Source: Octopus sinensis (lineage: Eukaryota). From it: 64,000 nt of DNA. Positions within the stretch are counted from its first letter, which is position 1; each line of letters begins with the position of its first letter. Under the pieces are notes generated by a model, which saw only the letters and a program-made list of their open reading frames with translations, did not search any database and was not told where the DNA came from. The translations under genes and the position numbers were made by a program. The stretch covers positions 109,368,001 to 109,432,000 of the forward strand of contig NC_042997.1 of the NCBI RefSeq assembly GCF_006345805.1. The letters run 5' to 3'. Below are positions 40,690 through 57,036 of this stretch, piece by piece.

Positions 40690-40880
40690 CAGTCGCCATG
40701 ATAGCGTTAGCCACTACACACATTTTTTCTCTCCTGTTTTTTCTGTGTCCCTTCTGTAGAAGAGCGTAGGTTCGAAACGTAAAATACTTTTTCTATTCTT
40801 GAGCGTTATACTAATACATCGTTTGTTTTGTACGCCACCTGTCTTCGTCTTTTGTTTTTTTTTTTTAAACTCTCCCTATA
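40690..40880 (+). mobile_element. Short PLE-like pLTR fragment with CTGTAGA-core hammerhead variant
   Basis: TT-CTGTAGA-a-GAGC-gtag-GTTC-GAAA-CG-TA-AA; same family as about 37300-37495; TA-rich flanks. Confidence 0.6.
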
Positions 40881-40887
40881 CATATAC

Positions 40888-40942
<55 letters not shown>

Positions 40943-41606
40943 CATACTAGACATATTTTGCAATGTGACCTCACCCCCTGGTGTTGATGAGCGAGCGTTA
41001 GAACGTGCTTGCACACTATTATTCAGTAAAAACGATAATGCATCTTGAAATGTTGGTAAAAAAAAAGCTATTCGACTCTTAAAATATAAACACAAGCTAA
41101 TTAAACCAAATATATGAAAGATGAATAAATGAATGAAACAAAGGAACAAAACCTATCTCTCATCCTTCTTCTCCTTCTTCTTCCTGTGCAAAACTTCCTG
41201 TTGCGAGCTGCTGTCGTAGAGTACATGCTGGGGAAAGAGAGAGGGGAAACGTTTTTGGTATATCCGGACGGCAGAGAAGAGTCTGAGAGGCAGAAGGAAG
41301 GATCTTACACTGAAAGGTTAGTTTTGTAGGTAATTATTATCAGTTAGTATTTAATTACTGAGGGGTAGAGCTTGTTAGTAATTACATTAATACAAGTTAT
41401 CTGATGGTTGACATTAACACTGAGTCCACGCGAAGGAATCGAAATATTATTGAAAATTGGAAATGTATGTACGTATGTTTATATGGATGGATGAATGGGT
41501 TTGTGTGTATGCATGTTTGTATTTATGCATATATATTCGTGCATGTATATATGCAAATACATGTGTGTATGTATCCATGCGTGTTTTGATGTGTGTGTGT
41601 GTGTGT

Positions 41607-41648
<42 letters not shown>

Positions 41649-42811
41649 TGTGTGTGTGTATGTGTGTGTGTGTGTATAAATATGTATATATATATATATA
41701 TATATATAAATATATGTTCTCCGCATGCAATATGCTTGAACAAGAATATTCGTTTTTCTTCTTAGAATCTCACATGATAAAGAACATTAAAGATAAACAT
41801 AGAACTTTTTTAAAAACCCAGATCAACCCAGATTATGTTGACACGGCTCACAGCAAGAACACGTGGGCCGTCAAAACATTCTGAGACAATGGTTCAGTAG
41901 TCAGCTGTCCACCATTCTCTCCATAGTCAATGCGCATGCTCTGTTATTTGTGGAAGTAGGAAACTATAGCCTATGTGTTGTCCAAATGATGTTAGTATTC
42001 AGTTAAAAAAGCAACCGCGATCTGGGATATGTCAATGCTCACCATTATAATACTCGAACTCACAGCGAACCACATCATGGCTGTACATTTCATCTTCATC
42101 TGATGGTGGTCTGCTGCATTCAACTTTAGCCTAAAGCAATTAAAAGAGAAAAAATATTCTGATATCTATCAAAGAGTACCACGACATATTCCTTCGGAAG
42201 ATACCAAAGACATCTCCACAGGTTGGATATGTTTTAATATCGACAATTCTTTAATTTAGTTTGTCAAAATACGGTGGTGCTAGATTTAGATGTATGCCCT
42301 TAAAATAAGGGAGGCCTTAATCCCATTCAAGCAAACGCTTGTACATGCGCATACACATTCACACATGCTTAAACACTCACACACACATACATCTACATAC
42401 TATATGTATGTATGTATGTATGTATGTTGTATGTATGTATGTATGTATGTATGTATGTATGTATGTGTGTATGTATGTATATGTGTGTGTATGTATGTGT
42501 GTATGTATGTATGTATGTATGTATGTATGTATGTATGTATGTATGTATGTATGTATGTATGTATGGGTATCGAACATTGACAATGAGAGCTCAACACTGC
42601 TTTGGTGGATAAATATTCTTCATTTGTGGTTTAACAAAGCTACCAGTGGTTCCATGATGAGAGAAACTATCAACCCTACCACATAGGTCTTTCGAGCTCA
42701 CCTCCATTTTCAAGCATTCGTCTGAGATGAAGGTAAGCACAAACTTGATAACTGCTGAAATTTCTCTCACCATGAAACCAACGGTAGACTCTAAGCACAT
42801 AAATAAAACAA

Positions 42812-42880
<69 letters not shown>

Positions 42881-42883
<3 letters not shown>

Positions 42884-43230
42884 CAAAATAAGAAATGAGA
42901 AATACATCCAATCAAATATCAATTGCCAGATAATACCCAATCACATAATTTATAAACCACCAAAGTTTCTTCTTTGTGGTGGTTTAATAAAAGTATATGA
43001 TTGGGTATTATCTGGCATTGATATTTGATTTGGATGTATTTCTCCATTTCTTATTTTGTATTATGATTTTGTGGTAAAACATTTACCTTTGCCCATCAAT
43101 ACAGTAAATGAATTAATTGCATTGCAATTCTTAACATTTATGTATTAACCTTGTTGGGTACTTCACTAGCAGTATATTGGATATATGTTATCCCATGGAG
43201 GGTTGCATTTACAACCCCTATCCCAATTTG
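42881..43230 (+). mobile_element. Fold-back element in (TA)n, probably a heavily truncated PLE end
   Basis: About 85-90-bp arms (42881-42965 / 42972-43061) with a 6-nt loop, then a tail of about 170 bp and (TA)n. Confidence 0.6.
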
Positions 43231-43461
43231 TATATATATATATATATATATATATAAGAGGCATTAGTATCCAGAAAATCCAAGGTAGCAGGTAACGGTA
43301 TGTAAGTGCAATGGAAGGGCCGTAGTTAAACTCTCGGTTCGATAATAATACAAGTGAGGAGTCTAATGCGGGTCTTGTGTGACCATGTATATGTTAAATA
43401 AAATGAGACAACAAAGGCAAGGCTGTGTGGAATATTCAGGACATTTATAAAGAGAAAGTTA

Positions 43462-43509
43462 GACTTACAGCTGTTTCTGGGATATTAGGGATATCCCTTC
43501 ATCAGAGAC
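43462..43509 (-). ncRNA. Type I hammerhead motif within a PLE-like terminus (about 43256-43660)
   Basis: Minus strand: CTGATGA-a-GGGATAT-cccta-ATATCCC-a-GAAA-CAGCTG-TA-AG; stem I has a mismatch. Confidence 0.75.
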
Positions 43510-43967
43510 GATGTGAGGTGGTTAAATAGAGGGAAACATTTAGAGTTCAATATAAGGAGTTATTTTGGAAAAGGAAGCAAATAAGGAGTATATAGGGAAA
43601 TAGGAGAATGTCTGTAGAAATAGAAATAAAAAATTGTAAAGATGTTATAGTTGCAGTTACATTATCCTTGCGTAAGGAAGAAACCGCCGCAAGCGGCCGT
43701 CCGTGATTGGCCTCGACGTCGTGTGATGAGGCAAAGGTCGTCGTCGTCAGTGGGAGGTATCGAGCACGAGTGTGTGTGTCTGTGCGTTACCTGTCTATAG
43801 GACAAGACACATGGCCATGTGAACCCGGAACTACGTAGGAAGCTTCTTACGGCACAGCCACGCCGGCTCCTGACAATGAAAAAGTATGCAACGCTACACA
43901 AATTTGTGTGTCATCATATATAAATAGAGAGAAAGAGAAAAAGAGACAGAAAGACACACACACACTC

Positions 43968-45442
<1,475 letters not shown>

Positions 45443-45718
45443 GTAGACAGATAGATAGATAGACAGACAGAGAGGTAGATAGATAGATAAATAGATAGGT
45501 AGACAGACAGACAGCTAGACAGATAGATAGACAGACAGAGAGGTAGATAGAGAGATAGACAGAAACACACACACATACACACATACTAGTAGATAGATAG
45601 ACATACATACATACAACATACATACATACATACATACATACAGACAGACAGACAGATAAATAGATATATAGATAGATAGATAGATAGATAGATGGATAGA
45701 TAGATAGATAGATAGATA

Positions 45719-46756
45719 TGTTTCTTTATTAGCCACACAGGGCTGCACACAGATAGAACAAATTACAAGGTAGAGCTTTTCTTTTGAAGGTTTAAAAAAT
45801 TTTTTAAAAATAAAAAATAAAAAATAAAATAAAAATAAAATAAAAAGGGGGGTCGATCAAAAGGGATCGTAAAAGGAGAGAAAGAGGACAAAAAAAAGGG
45901 GGGGGGTTAAAAAAAAGGGGGAGAGGAAAAAAATTGATCAATAGGGATCGTTATCACAGAAATGACAATATGAAGTGTAAAGGGGAGGACAGGTGAGGTT
46001 TACCCGTGGAAAGAAAAGCCTACGGAAAAGACCACGGTAACCTCGGTCAATGAAGTCACATGTTATATTTCTTTTTTTTTTTTCTTTTTTTTTTGCAAAT
46101 AAGCAACTCTCTGTATTAATTTTTACGGTTCATAGAATCATAGTCAAGGTGGCTTCGTCATTCATACGTGCCATCCTTGCTACATTCACCCATCTTTTTT
46201 TAAAACATTCACTAGACAAAACTTGCCTCTCTACTCTCACTTTTTTCTTCAAGTGATACTTGAAGAAGTTGATGAGAGATTGACCAGAGAGGAAAGTGTT
46301 TGTCTCTAATCCTTTCAGACGCGTCCACCAGATACATTCTTTCGCCATAGCCACAAGTATGATAAAAATAGCTCTTCCTTCCCGTTTGAAGGAAGGAGGC
46401 GTGACGATATTAACGATAGACTCGGTTGATAAACCGACACGTCCCACACGTGACAGCAGTCGTTCGACATAAGCCCACAGGTGGGAAATTGCTGGACACT
46501 GCACGATTGCGTGCAGAGCGGTTTCGTCGCTCTGCCCGCATCTCGGGCAGGTCGGCCCCGTGTTTCTCGAGCCATGCCTATAGAGCTTATCCCGAACGGG
46601 TAGCGCTTCTCGGTGGCACCGCCAGGCCAGGGATCTCTGGAAGTTGTCCATAGGTCCCGGTCCGAAAGTCGTTTGAAACAGGCGGGTCAGGTATTCCTCG
46701 TCGACGCCCAGGTTTGCCCCGAGCTCGTCGTCGTACCTCTCCTCCACTAATCCCTT
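45719..46756 (-). mobile_element. Tx1/L1-clade LINE 3' end inserted in (GATA)n, copy 2
   Basis: Open C-terminal frame of about 208 aa with CPRCGQSDETALHAIVQC; same 3' junction as copy 1 but a different 5' truncation. Confidence 0.9.
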
Positions 46757-46912
<156 letters not shown>

Positions 46913-47281
46913 GTAGATAGACACAAATGTGTAGATACAAACGCCGATATGTCTCTAAATGTGTAGATCCATGTCACACGCCCCATCCACTCACACGCAC
47001 TTGTGGGTGTATATAAGTGATTTTGCCTTCTCTGTATATGATATATTGATGTTATATCTTCGTTTATCATTTACACCCAGATCATCTCTCTCCCTCTCAC
47101 TCTCCCTCTCTCTCTCTCTCTCATCTCTATATTTCTCAGTTCTCTCCTCCGTACTTTGTTACATACACACACACATGTATGCGTGTGTGCCTATATATAT
47201 TATGTATATATAAATAATATAATATATACATGTATATACACACATACACACACACACACACACATATATATATTATATATC

Positions 47282-47369
<88 letters not shown>

Positions 47370-47379
47370 GTGTGTGTGT

Positions 47380-47424
<45 letters not shown>

Positions 47425-47429
<5 letters not shown>

Positions 47430-47700
47430 ATGTGCGCAGTGGTTAGGGCAGTGGACTCGTGGTCGTAGGATCGCGGTTTCGATTCCCAGACCGGGCGTTG
47501 TGTGCTCCACGAAGCTCCGGCAAAGTTTGGGGGCGATCCCTGCTGTACTCTTTCGCCGCAACTTTCTCTCACTCTTTCTTCTGTTGGCCTGCTCGTTTAG
47601 CCAGCAGGGTGGCGTCATTTGAAGGCTAAAACAATGCGAAGCGCATTGTACTGACCAGCGATGGGTAGCAACATCTGATAGCCTGGTCGGTCACGGTGAT
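47425..47700 (+). mobile_element. tRNA-derived SINE, family C
   Basis: GCGCAGTGGTTAGGGCAGTGGACTCGTGGTCGTAGGATCGCGGTTTCGATTCCC head with A/B boxes; second copy at 60472. Confidence 0.85.
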
Positions 47701-48403
47701 CACGGTGTAGGTATAGCACCGGTGATCACGGTGTAGGTATAGCACGTCACAAACAGTAAACAACATGAAATACGAAAACAAATGTGTTGAATACTCAAAC
47801 AACGAGGGACACAAATGGAAAACAAGACAAGTAACATACAGAACAGCCCTTCATCAGTTGTCGGCGGCTGTCCACTACTCCTCATTTCGAGCAAATATAT
47901 ATATATAATATAATATAATATAGTATAATATAATATAATATGAGCGTGTGTGTGCATTTCAGTCTCTCTCTTCACGTCTCTATTCTCCTGTAACATCAAC
48001 AGATGTTATACGCTTCACCGTTTTAATCCGAGAAGATTCTTTCGACATCACGCAAAGATTTATATTGTCTTTGACAATTTATCTACAACTACTACTACTC
48101 CCACTACCACTACCACTATCACTACAACTACCGCTACTACTACTACTAATACTACTACTACTATTACTACTATCGCTACTACTACTACCACTACTACTAC
48201 AACTACCGCTACTACTACTACTGCCACTACTACCACTACTACTAATACTACTACTACTGATTAGGTTTCACTGCAGGACAAGAGGCTGGGGTTGGCCGTT
48301 TCAGTTATTTGCATCCGGGTTTGTGTCGCCTTACCAATCTCAGCAATCGCACGCACACACATGCACCCCACCTAACATATACATACATACATACATACAT
48401 ACA

Positions 48404-48436
<33 letters not shown>

Positions 48437-48673
48437 GTGTGTATGTGTGTGTGTATACATATACATGTATGTATCTATCTATCTAGCTTTATATATGTAT
48501 ATCTTTAGATATATATCTATATACGTGTATAAATACACACACACATATATATACACACCTATATATATATAGATAGATATATATATATATACATATGTAT
48601 ATATATACATAGATATGTGTGCATATATATATATATATACACACAACACAAGCAGAAAGGAGATCTTGTTATG

Positions 48674-48744
<71 letters not shown>

Positions 48745-48879
48745 GTAGATAGACAGACAGATATAGTGTTACTGTAGTGTCTACAACAGTGAGAGGTCTC
48801 AATGAGGTTTCATTTCCTTGTAAGAACAGCTGAGATATTGAGATTCACAGCGGATGTTTACCTTACACATTCACACTCA

Positions 48880-49998
48880 TACATACTAACTTACATACAT
48901 ACACGAACACACATACACACATACATATACAAGCTTACACAAACACACATACACACATACATACACACACATACCTATATACATACATATATACATACAT
49001 GCATACGCTAGCTTACACATACATACACAAACTTACACGAACACACATCCATCCATCGTGCATACACACATATACATACATATATGCATGCATGCATACA
49101 TACATGCATACATACATACATACATGCATACATACATACATACATACATACATACATACATACATGTACATACATACATACATACATACATGTACATATA
49201 CATACATACATACATGCATGCATGCATACATACATACATGCATGCATACATACATACATGTATGCATACATGCATGCATACATACATACATACATACATA
49301 CATACATACATACATACATGTATGCATACATGCATGCATACATACATGCATACATACATACATACATACATACATACATACATACATACATACATACATA
49401 CATACATACATACATACATACATACGTACGTACATATACACATGGCTCTCATGACTTCTGATCTTAACTGATTGAAAGTGTTGTCATGTACATGTTTTGC
49501 CTTGGTGTAAAAGATGGTCTACAGCAAATATTCTGTGCAATACCACAGATTTGCTTGTCAGCTGCTTAACATTAACCAGTTAAGCATATCCTTTCATTGC
49601 TGACGATATGTGTATCTCTGAGGACGAGCAGGATTAGCGGGGCAACAACGTGGCCTCTTTGGGAATTGAGTAATTCACCTTTGGATACCTGAGCATTTCT
49701 TTCATCAACCTTAAATAAGCCTTATTCTGGGACCTTTTGAGCGAGATGAGCGACTTAACGTGAAGAAAATTCTAATGGTCCCCACTTGTAAGTTCATGCA
49801 TTATATACCTCGGTTTTGGGTCGCGGTGTCGCACATTTATGGTTGTGATATATGTGCCTGGCGTTCACTTATACTAGTGGTCATGATGCGTATATTGATC
49901 TTCGTATTTCTGTACCCCATTATCCCTTTGAAGGCGTCTACATACATACATACATACATACATACATACATACATACATACATACATACATACATACA

Positions 49999-50032
<34 letters not shown>

Positions 50033-50450
50033 CATATATACATACATGCATACATGCATGCATTCATACATGCATGCATGCATACATACATACAACATAC
50101 ATACATACATACATACATACATACATACATACATACATACACACACATATACATATATACATACATACATACATATATACATGCATACATACATGCATAC
50201 ATACATACATGCATACATACATACATACGTACATGCATATATACATACATACATACATACTACATACATATATACATATTTACATGCATGCATACATACA
50301 TACATACACACATATATACATATATACATACATACATGCATATATACATACATCCACGCATACATACATACACATATATATACATACATACACACATGCA
50401 TACATACATACTTAAACACGAAAAAAGCCATACACATATACATACGTACA
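48880..50450. repeat. (CATA)n/(CATG) array interrupted by a 500-bp insert at about 49442-49938
   Basis: Directly visible; the insert is homologous to 10300-10679. Confidence 0.9.
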
Positions 50451-51149
50451 TAAATACGTTATTACATAGAAACGTCGTGTAGAGACTGGGCAAAAAAATA
50501 TTTTATTTGCTCAGTCATTGGATTGTGGCCATGCTGGGGCACCATCTTGAAGAATTTTTAGTCGAAAGAATCGTCTTATTCTATCGGTGTATTTTGCTGA
50601 AGAGCTTAGTTACAGGGACATAAACACAACAACATCGGTTGTCAAGTAATCTTCTTACCACACAGCCGAGTCTGCGTCTATGTAGGAATATAGGAACACA
50701 GTCATTCTTAAGATCCGATTCTGTGAAAGAATACCTAGATCAAAGACCATTTTAGAGATCAGGAAATAGAAACGAAGTGAAATAATAACTAAATTGAAAA
50801 TAGAAGAAAATAAATAAAATGTATGATAGAAGAAAAGAGTAAAAACAAAAGGAGAAAGAGAGCAGGGGCTCGAAGTGTAGACGTGAGTATTTCTGAATGT
50901 ATATACTTGGATGAGGGCATGTGACTCTGTATGTGTGAGTGTATGCAGTTGTAAATGTGCGTATAAGTATGAAGATGTGTAGCCATGTTTATATGGGTGT
51001 GGCTAGTTGTGGGTGTACAATACACGCAATTATATTTTTATACATTATGTAACAATGACCTGTGTACGAGGATATATACACACACAAGTATTGATGTATA
51101 TAGGTGAGCATCGCGTACGTTTTCCAGACTACTGAATGCATATACGCAT

Positions 51150-51185
<36 letters not shown>

Positions 51186-51244
51186 TTATATGTCTATATC
51201 TATCTATATATACATATATATACATATATATACATATACATATG

Positions 51245-51280
<36 letters not shown>

Positions 51281-51598
51281 TGTATGTATGTATGTCTGCA
51301 TGTATGCATGTACCTCTCCATGCATACACGTATGTATGTACGCCTCGATTCCTTCATAAGGGAATCTAGCCAACCACCAACCTTTGGAAATTCTTCAAGG
51401 AAAATGGCGCCTTAAAAGATGTTCTGGAAGAAATAACATCATGGTCCAGTGCTGTTTTAGTTTACCATCTGTTCTGTCTCTCTCAGTTCCGGAACCATAC
51501 CGAGCCACATAATGTGGCAAGAGGAAAATGGCCAAACGTTTGTTTTTGTATTTGTTTTTGCGGTGCATATTTATATATATATAATATATATATATATA

Positions 51599-51641
<43 letters not shown>

Positions 51642-51705
51642 TAATATATATATATATACATATATATACATATATATGTATATATATGTGTATATATATA
51701 TATAT

Positions 51706-51757
<52 letters not shown>

Positions 51758-51844
51758 TACATATATATATACATATATATATACATATATTATATATATA
51801 TACATATATATACATATATATATATATATAGATACACACACACA

Positions 51845-51878
<34 letters not shown>

Positions 51879-52135
51879 GTATATGTATATATCAATTTAG
51901 TTTTGGTATTCGCCTTGTAGTTTGCCAATAAAAAGCTCGTCCACGGGTATCGGCTATCAGACACGATTTTACAGCGAAAATCGATCGTATTACTTAAGAT
52001 ACATTTAGAAATCCATCTTCATAAGAAATCTGTTTCTGAGCATGAAGAACATATATGTTTAGCATCAAGAATCTTGCAAACCTGATACGAAAACGAAATA
52101 TAAATATACAGACATGTTTATCTTGCACACGACAC

Positions 52136-52188
<53 letters not shown>

Positions 52189-52257
52189 ACACATACACAC
52201 ACGCACCTATGTATATTTACATATATTAATAAAGAAATATATGTATATTTACATATA

Positions 52258-53133
52258 CTAGTGGGACCGGTTGAAATTCCACGGAATGGAAAAAATTAAG
52301 AGAATCTATTTAAGAAAGAATGGAAGATCTGCCTTTTTATAGCATTCATAGATTAGCCTTAAATATTATTGATGTTCGTCTACACTCATTTCCGCACGTC
52401 TCCGTCGGTGTTGTTTTTTCCTCTTTCTCTTATTTCCTTTCACTGTGCCTCTCTGATTCGTGCTCTATATCTGCGCATCCCTTTCTCGGTCAGCTTGCAA
52501 CCGTGTTTCCTGCGAATCCAGAGTTTAGGCTAAATTAACCCTTGTAAACAAATATCAAAGTTTTAGGAGAGCAGACGATAAATATTTGCACTTGTGCGCA
52601 TGCTTTGAGGGATGGTCACTATGGAAAGAAAATTAGTTCAATAAAAAAATACTTTTCATTATCGATACACTAGCACCACCACCACTAAGAGCCTCTCTAG
52701 CTCTCTCTCTCTATCTTTGTCTGTCTGTCTCTCTCTGTCTCTGTCTCTCTGTCTCTCTGTCTCTCTCTCTCTCTCCCTTTCTCTCTCTGAATATAATTGC
52801 CGCCCCTATCCATCTCTATCTATCTTTCCATTTTGTTGACTTTTTAGCCACGTATTAAATATTTCTTCCTCACCGCACGTCGTTAACACTTCTCTCTCCC
52901 ACGTTTCTCTCATCGTCTTTTTCTCTTGTTCTTGCCTCTGCCTTCAGCTGACCGCTTTACCATTTGGCCTGAGTGTAGTGATATTAATCACTTGCCTCTC
53001 CTTCTTCCTCTCTTCTTTCTTCACTCCTTCCTTTCTCTCTCTGAATCTCACTTCACCTCTCTGTCACCCCATCTCCACCTCTCTTACTAACTAATGTATA
53101 ACAGGCGAACGAACAAACAGATTATTATATAGA
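52258..53133 (-). mobile_element. Probable non-autonomous Helitron
   Basis: Minus strand begins A|TCTATATAATAAT at 53133 and ends with a degenerate hairpin CCGTGGAATTTCAACCGG then CTAG|T at 52258. Pairing of the two ends is inferred. Confidence 0.6.
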
Positions 53134-53289
53134 TGTATATATATATGCATATATATACGCACATATATATATATATATAAATATGTATATATATGTGTGT
53201 GTGTGTGTGTCTGCGTGTGTGCATTAAGTGAGAGACAGTGAGTCGTGGGGAGAGTGTGATGGCGTATTTAGGAATATATGTATGCATAT

Positions 53290-53645
53290 TCTTTTATTCT
53301 TTTACTTGATTCAGTCATTTTGACTGCGGCCATGCTGGAACACCGCCTCTAGTCGAACAAATCGACCCCAGGACTTATTCTTTGTAAGCCTACTACTTAT
53401 TCCATCACTTTTGCCGAACCGCTAAGTTACGGGGACGTAAACAGACCAGCATCGGTTGTCAAGTGATGTCGGGGTGGTACACACACACACACAAACACAC
53501 ACGCACACACACACATACACACACGCATATATATATATATATAAATATATACAAATCCACTCAGAATGCTTGATCGGCCCGAGGATATAGTAGAAGACAC
53601 TTGCCCAAGGACTGAACCCGGAACTATGTGGTTGGAAAGCAAGCA
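53290..53645 (-). mobile_element. SINE family B
   Basis: Near full-length reverse-complement copy; other fragments at about 12420, 16425, 18560, 19575, 36815 and 50510. Confidence 0.88.
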
Positions 53646-53708
53646 TGCCACATGTATGTATATATGTATATATGTATGTATGTATGAATGTATGTGTATA
53701 TATGTATG

Positions 53709-53742
<34 letters not shown>

Positions 53743-53839
53743 TGTATGTATGTATGTATGTATTATGTATGTATGTATGTATGTATGTATGTATGTATGT
53801 ATGTATGTATGTATGTATGTATGTATGTGTATGTATGTC

Positions 53840-55120
53840 ATTATTCAGTTTATTTCAAGATTTCTTGCCCATAAAGAAAGAACCGGTTTCTAATCTAGAT
53901 CCAAGTCTCCTTCATGGAATTTCAACATCAACAACGGTATTTTTGTTTTTTTCTATATGTATGTATGTGTGTGTGTATGTATGTATGTATGTATGTATGT
54001 ATGTATGTATGTATGTATGTATGTATGTATGTATGTATGTATGTATGTATGTATGTGTGCAGATTTGCATGTTTTTTTTTATGTATGTATTCTCATGCAT
54101 ATAGTAGACATGCTCATATATATTTAAATGATAAACTTCTGGAAAGTTTTACAGATTTTTTACAGTTCCAGTGATGGATTGGATGTATAGTTTTCGAATT
54201 AGCTTTCTCCTTTCTGGTTTAGAGAAGCTTAATTTCTCAAGATTGGTATTTAGGCATTGTGTTACATATCCCAGAACCTCAATAATTACAATTATGAACT
54301 TGAACTTGTAATCTGGATAGAGTAAATGCAGATTTCTCAATAGCTCAGCATAGGTGTTCTCTTCTTCACTGATTTTCAGCTTCATGGAAACATCCACTGG
54401 GCAGCTAGTTTCCACAACTGTGCACAGTTTCTCTTCTGAATCTCAAATCATTATATCAGGTATGTTGTGCTTACATTTTACTGAGGTCTTCACAGGGACA
54501 TTCCACCAGTACTCCTTTTTATTGTGAGTGGCGATGGCTTCCACCATATTGTGGGTTTTTATTTCTTTGTCCTCGGGATTATCTTTCCGACGGATTTCCT
54601 TATAGAGTGTCCTATCTACAACGTCATATATCATCGGTAGATGATACCATGATGATATTTTCAGACAACTGTTTATGATGTGGGTGATATCTTCAGTGTG
54701 AACTCCACAAAGTCTGCAACTTCTGTCACATTTTACGGCTTTTCCCGCATCTCTATCCCTTTTGTGTATCTGGTACTTGGTTGATATTTCCTGATCCTAC
54801 ATTGGAAACGCATACCCTTCAAAGTGGGAGGTAGTAATCCGGCTATTGGTCCATGATAAACTGCTTTGATGATCGATGTTACTATCATCACGGAGCTTTC
54901 TATTAACATATCCATGCATAGTCTTCTGCTCATACAGGCTCATCCTTACCTCTGATGATGTGTTGCGGTCGAGTCGTGCGACTTCTTTGGGCATGTATTC
55001 TTGGTCATCAGACAAAGAATGTTGCCGAAGGAGCTGCCTTCCAAGATGTTATCAGCCTCATGTATGCAAACTTGGTCAAAGGATGCACTTCGACACTTGG
55101 TTAACAGATCTTGTCGAAGT
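53840..55120 (-). mobile_element. R4-type RLE LINE 3' part (family R4-c) in (TACA)n
   Basis: QKTMHGY, SHFEGYAF, CRLCGVHTEDITHIINSC, YWWNVPVKT...HNIPDIMI, ETSCPVD; (TATG)n on both sides and inside the 3' UTR. Confidence 0.82.
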
Positions 55121-55121
55121 G

Positions 55122-55152
<31 letters not shown>

Positions 55153-55586
55153 TGTATGTATGTATGTATGTATGTATGTATGTATGTATGTATGTACGTA
55201 CGTATGTATCTATGTACGTATGTGTGTACGTGTTTATGAGAGTGTGGTAGACGAACCAAATTACCAACATATTTGCATATATTCAGGGCCTGGTGGATGA
55301 CGTTTAGATGAGAAAGTAGGAGAGGAAGGAAAAAGACGATGAGAGAATGAGTGGAAGCTGGGTTGGAGGGAATAGTGGGAAGCGAGAAGTAGGATGTGGA
55401 AGAGAGGAAAGAAGGGAGATGTTAGAAAATAAGGGGGTTAAGGTGTCAGGACGTACCCTAAATTGGCGGGTAGGGAGAGGGGTAAGGTAAGATTTGAAAC
55501 AGCTGAATTTGGTGGCCTACAATGTAAATAACCACTGACGTGTGTATATAACGGCTTGTGTGAGTGCTTATGTGTGTATGTGTGTA

Positions 55587-55638
<52 letters not shown>

Positions 55639-55666
55639 ATATATATATTATATATATGTGTGTATA

Positions 55667-55720
<54 letters not shown>

Positions 55721-56457
55721 TATATATATATACATACATATTTATATGTATATATATATATGTATATACATATATATACACTCATACACACATATATCAT
55801 GTATATGTATGCATGCATATATGTATGCACGTAAATGCATATGAGTTTATGCATGATTTTCTATATATGTATGTGTGTAGGTGTGTGTGCGCGTGCGTGT
55901 GTGTAGACAGATAACTAATCTAAATAAACAACCAGCCAGCCTCACATTGTTAAGATAACAAAAGCGAACCAGCAAACTGGCAGAATATGACACCGGATAC
56001 TATGTCATAGGATGATGATGGAGCCATAACACTAAACAATTGACCAGTTTCAGCTTAATGAGGAAGAAGGAAGCTCCAGCCGTGCTAATTCCAGATTACA
56101 AACCACTTGCGATATTTGGACAAGGGACAACGTAAAACTTCTTGTTTTTCTCCTCTCTAAAACAAACATTGTCGAGATTTTCAACTCCCTGGGACGAGCG
56201 TCACAATGTCGAGGAGTTAAGCTTAAGGTCAACCATATAAGTGTTTCTGTGAGGATTAGTGTCATACACCTTAAACAGTAATTGTTGTTTCCTCGTAAAT
56301 AACAGAATATTACATCGATATCTCTTATAAGTAGATCTGTTGTTGCTCTGTCTTCAATTGTTGTTTACAAGTTTACAAGAGTATGTACGGGCTGAGGATG
56401 TCGGATGCAATTAGTTCGAATGAAAGAAGGCCAAATATGGAAAATTAAATTCAAATG

Positions 56458-56892
56458 ATCGATACAATAATTTAGCGGTTCGCCAAACGAGATCGATAAA
56501 ATGACTTAGCGGTTCGCCAAACACCATCGATAAAATGGCTTAGCATTTCGCCAGACAAGATCGATGAAATGACTTAGCAGTTCGCCAAACGGTTCGATGA
56601 AATGAACTAGCGGTTCGCCAAACGCGTTCGATAAAATAACTTAGCGGATTGCCGAACAAGATGGATAAAATGACTTAGCGGCTCGCCAAACCAGATCGAT
56701 AAAATGACTTAGCGGTTCGCCAAACGAGATCGATAAAATGACTTAGCGGTTCGCCAGACGAAATCGATACAATAACATAGCGGTTCGCCAAACAAGATCG
56801 ATAAAATGACTTAGTGGTTCGCCAAACGAAATCTCTAGAATAACTTAGCGGTTCACGAAACGAATTTGATAAAATGACTCAGCGGTTCGCCA
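56458..56892 (+). repeat. 34-bp minisatellite, about 13 copies
   Basis: Consensus ATCGATAAAATGACTTAGCGGTTCGCCAAACGAG, contiguous units with no spacers. Confidence 0.95.
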
Positions 56893-57005
56893 GGGAGGAA
56901 CGATATTCAAAATTCCCTGCTCTGAATATTCAGTGTTTCAAATTTTCTGAGTTTTGGGCTATTTGAATTCAGTTCTTTTTAAGTGCTGTCTTATGACGCA
57001 AACCC

Positions 57006-57006
<1 letters not shown>

Positions 57007-57036
<30 letters not shown>

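Noticed and set aside
47425-47495. tRNA gene (also 60472, 4131)
   Set aside because: The A/B boxes continue into SINE bodies, no proper acceptor stem or terminator is evident, and copies are diverged.
47840-47895. Permuted hammerhead on the minus strand (GAAA before CTGATGA)
   Set aside because: Stems I and III could not be paired convincingly.
56458-56892. CRISPR array (34-bp periodicity)
   Set aside because: Units are contiguous with no unique spacers, there are no cas genes, the context is eukaryotic, and the unit matches a SINE segment.
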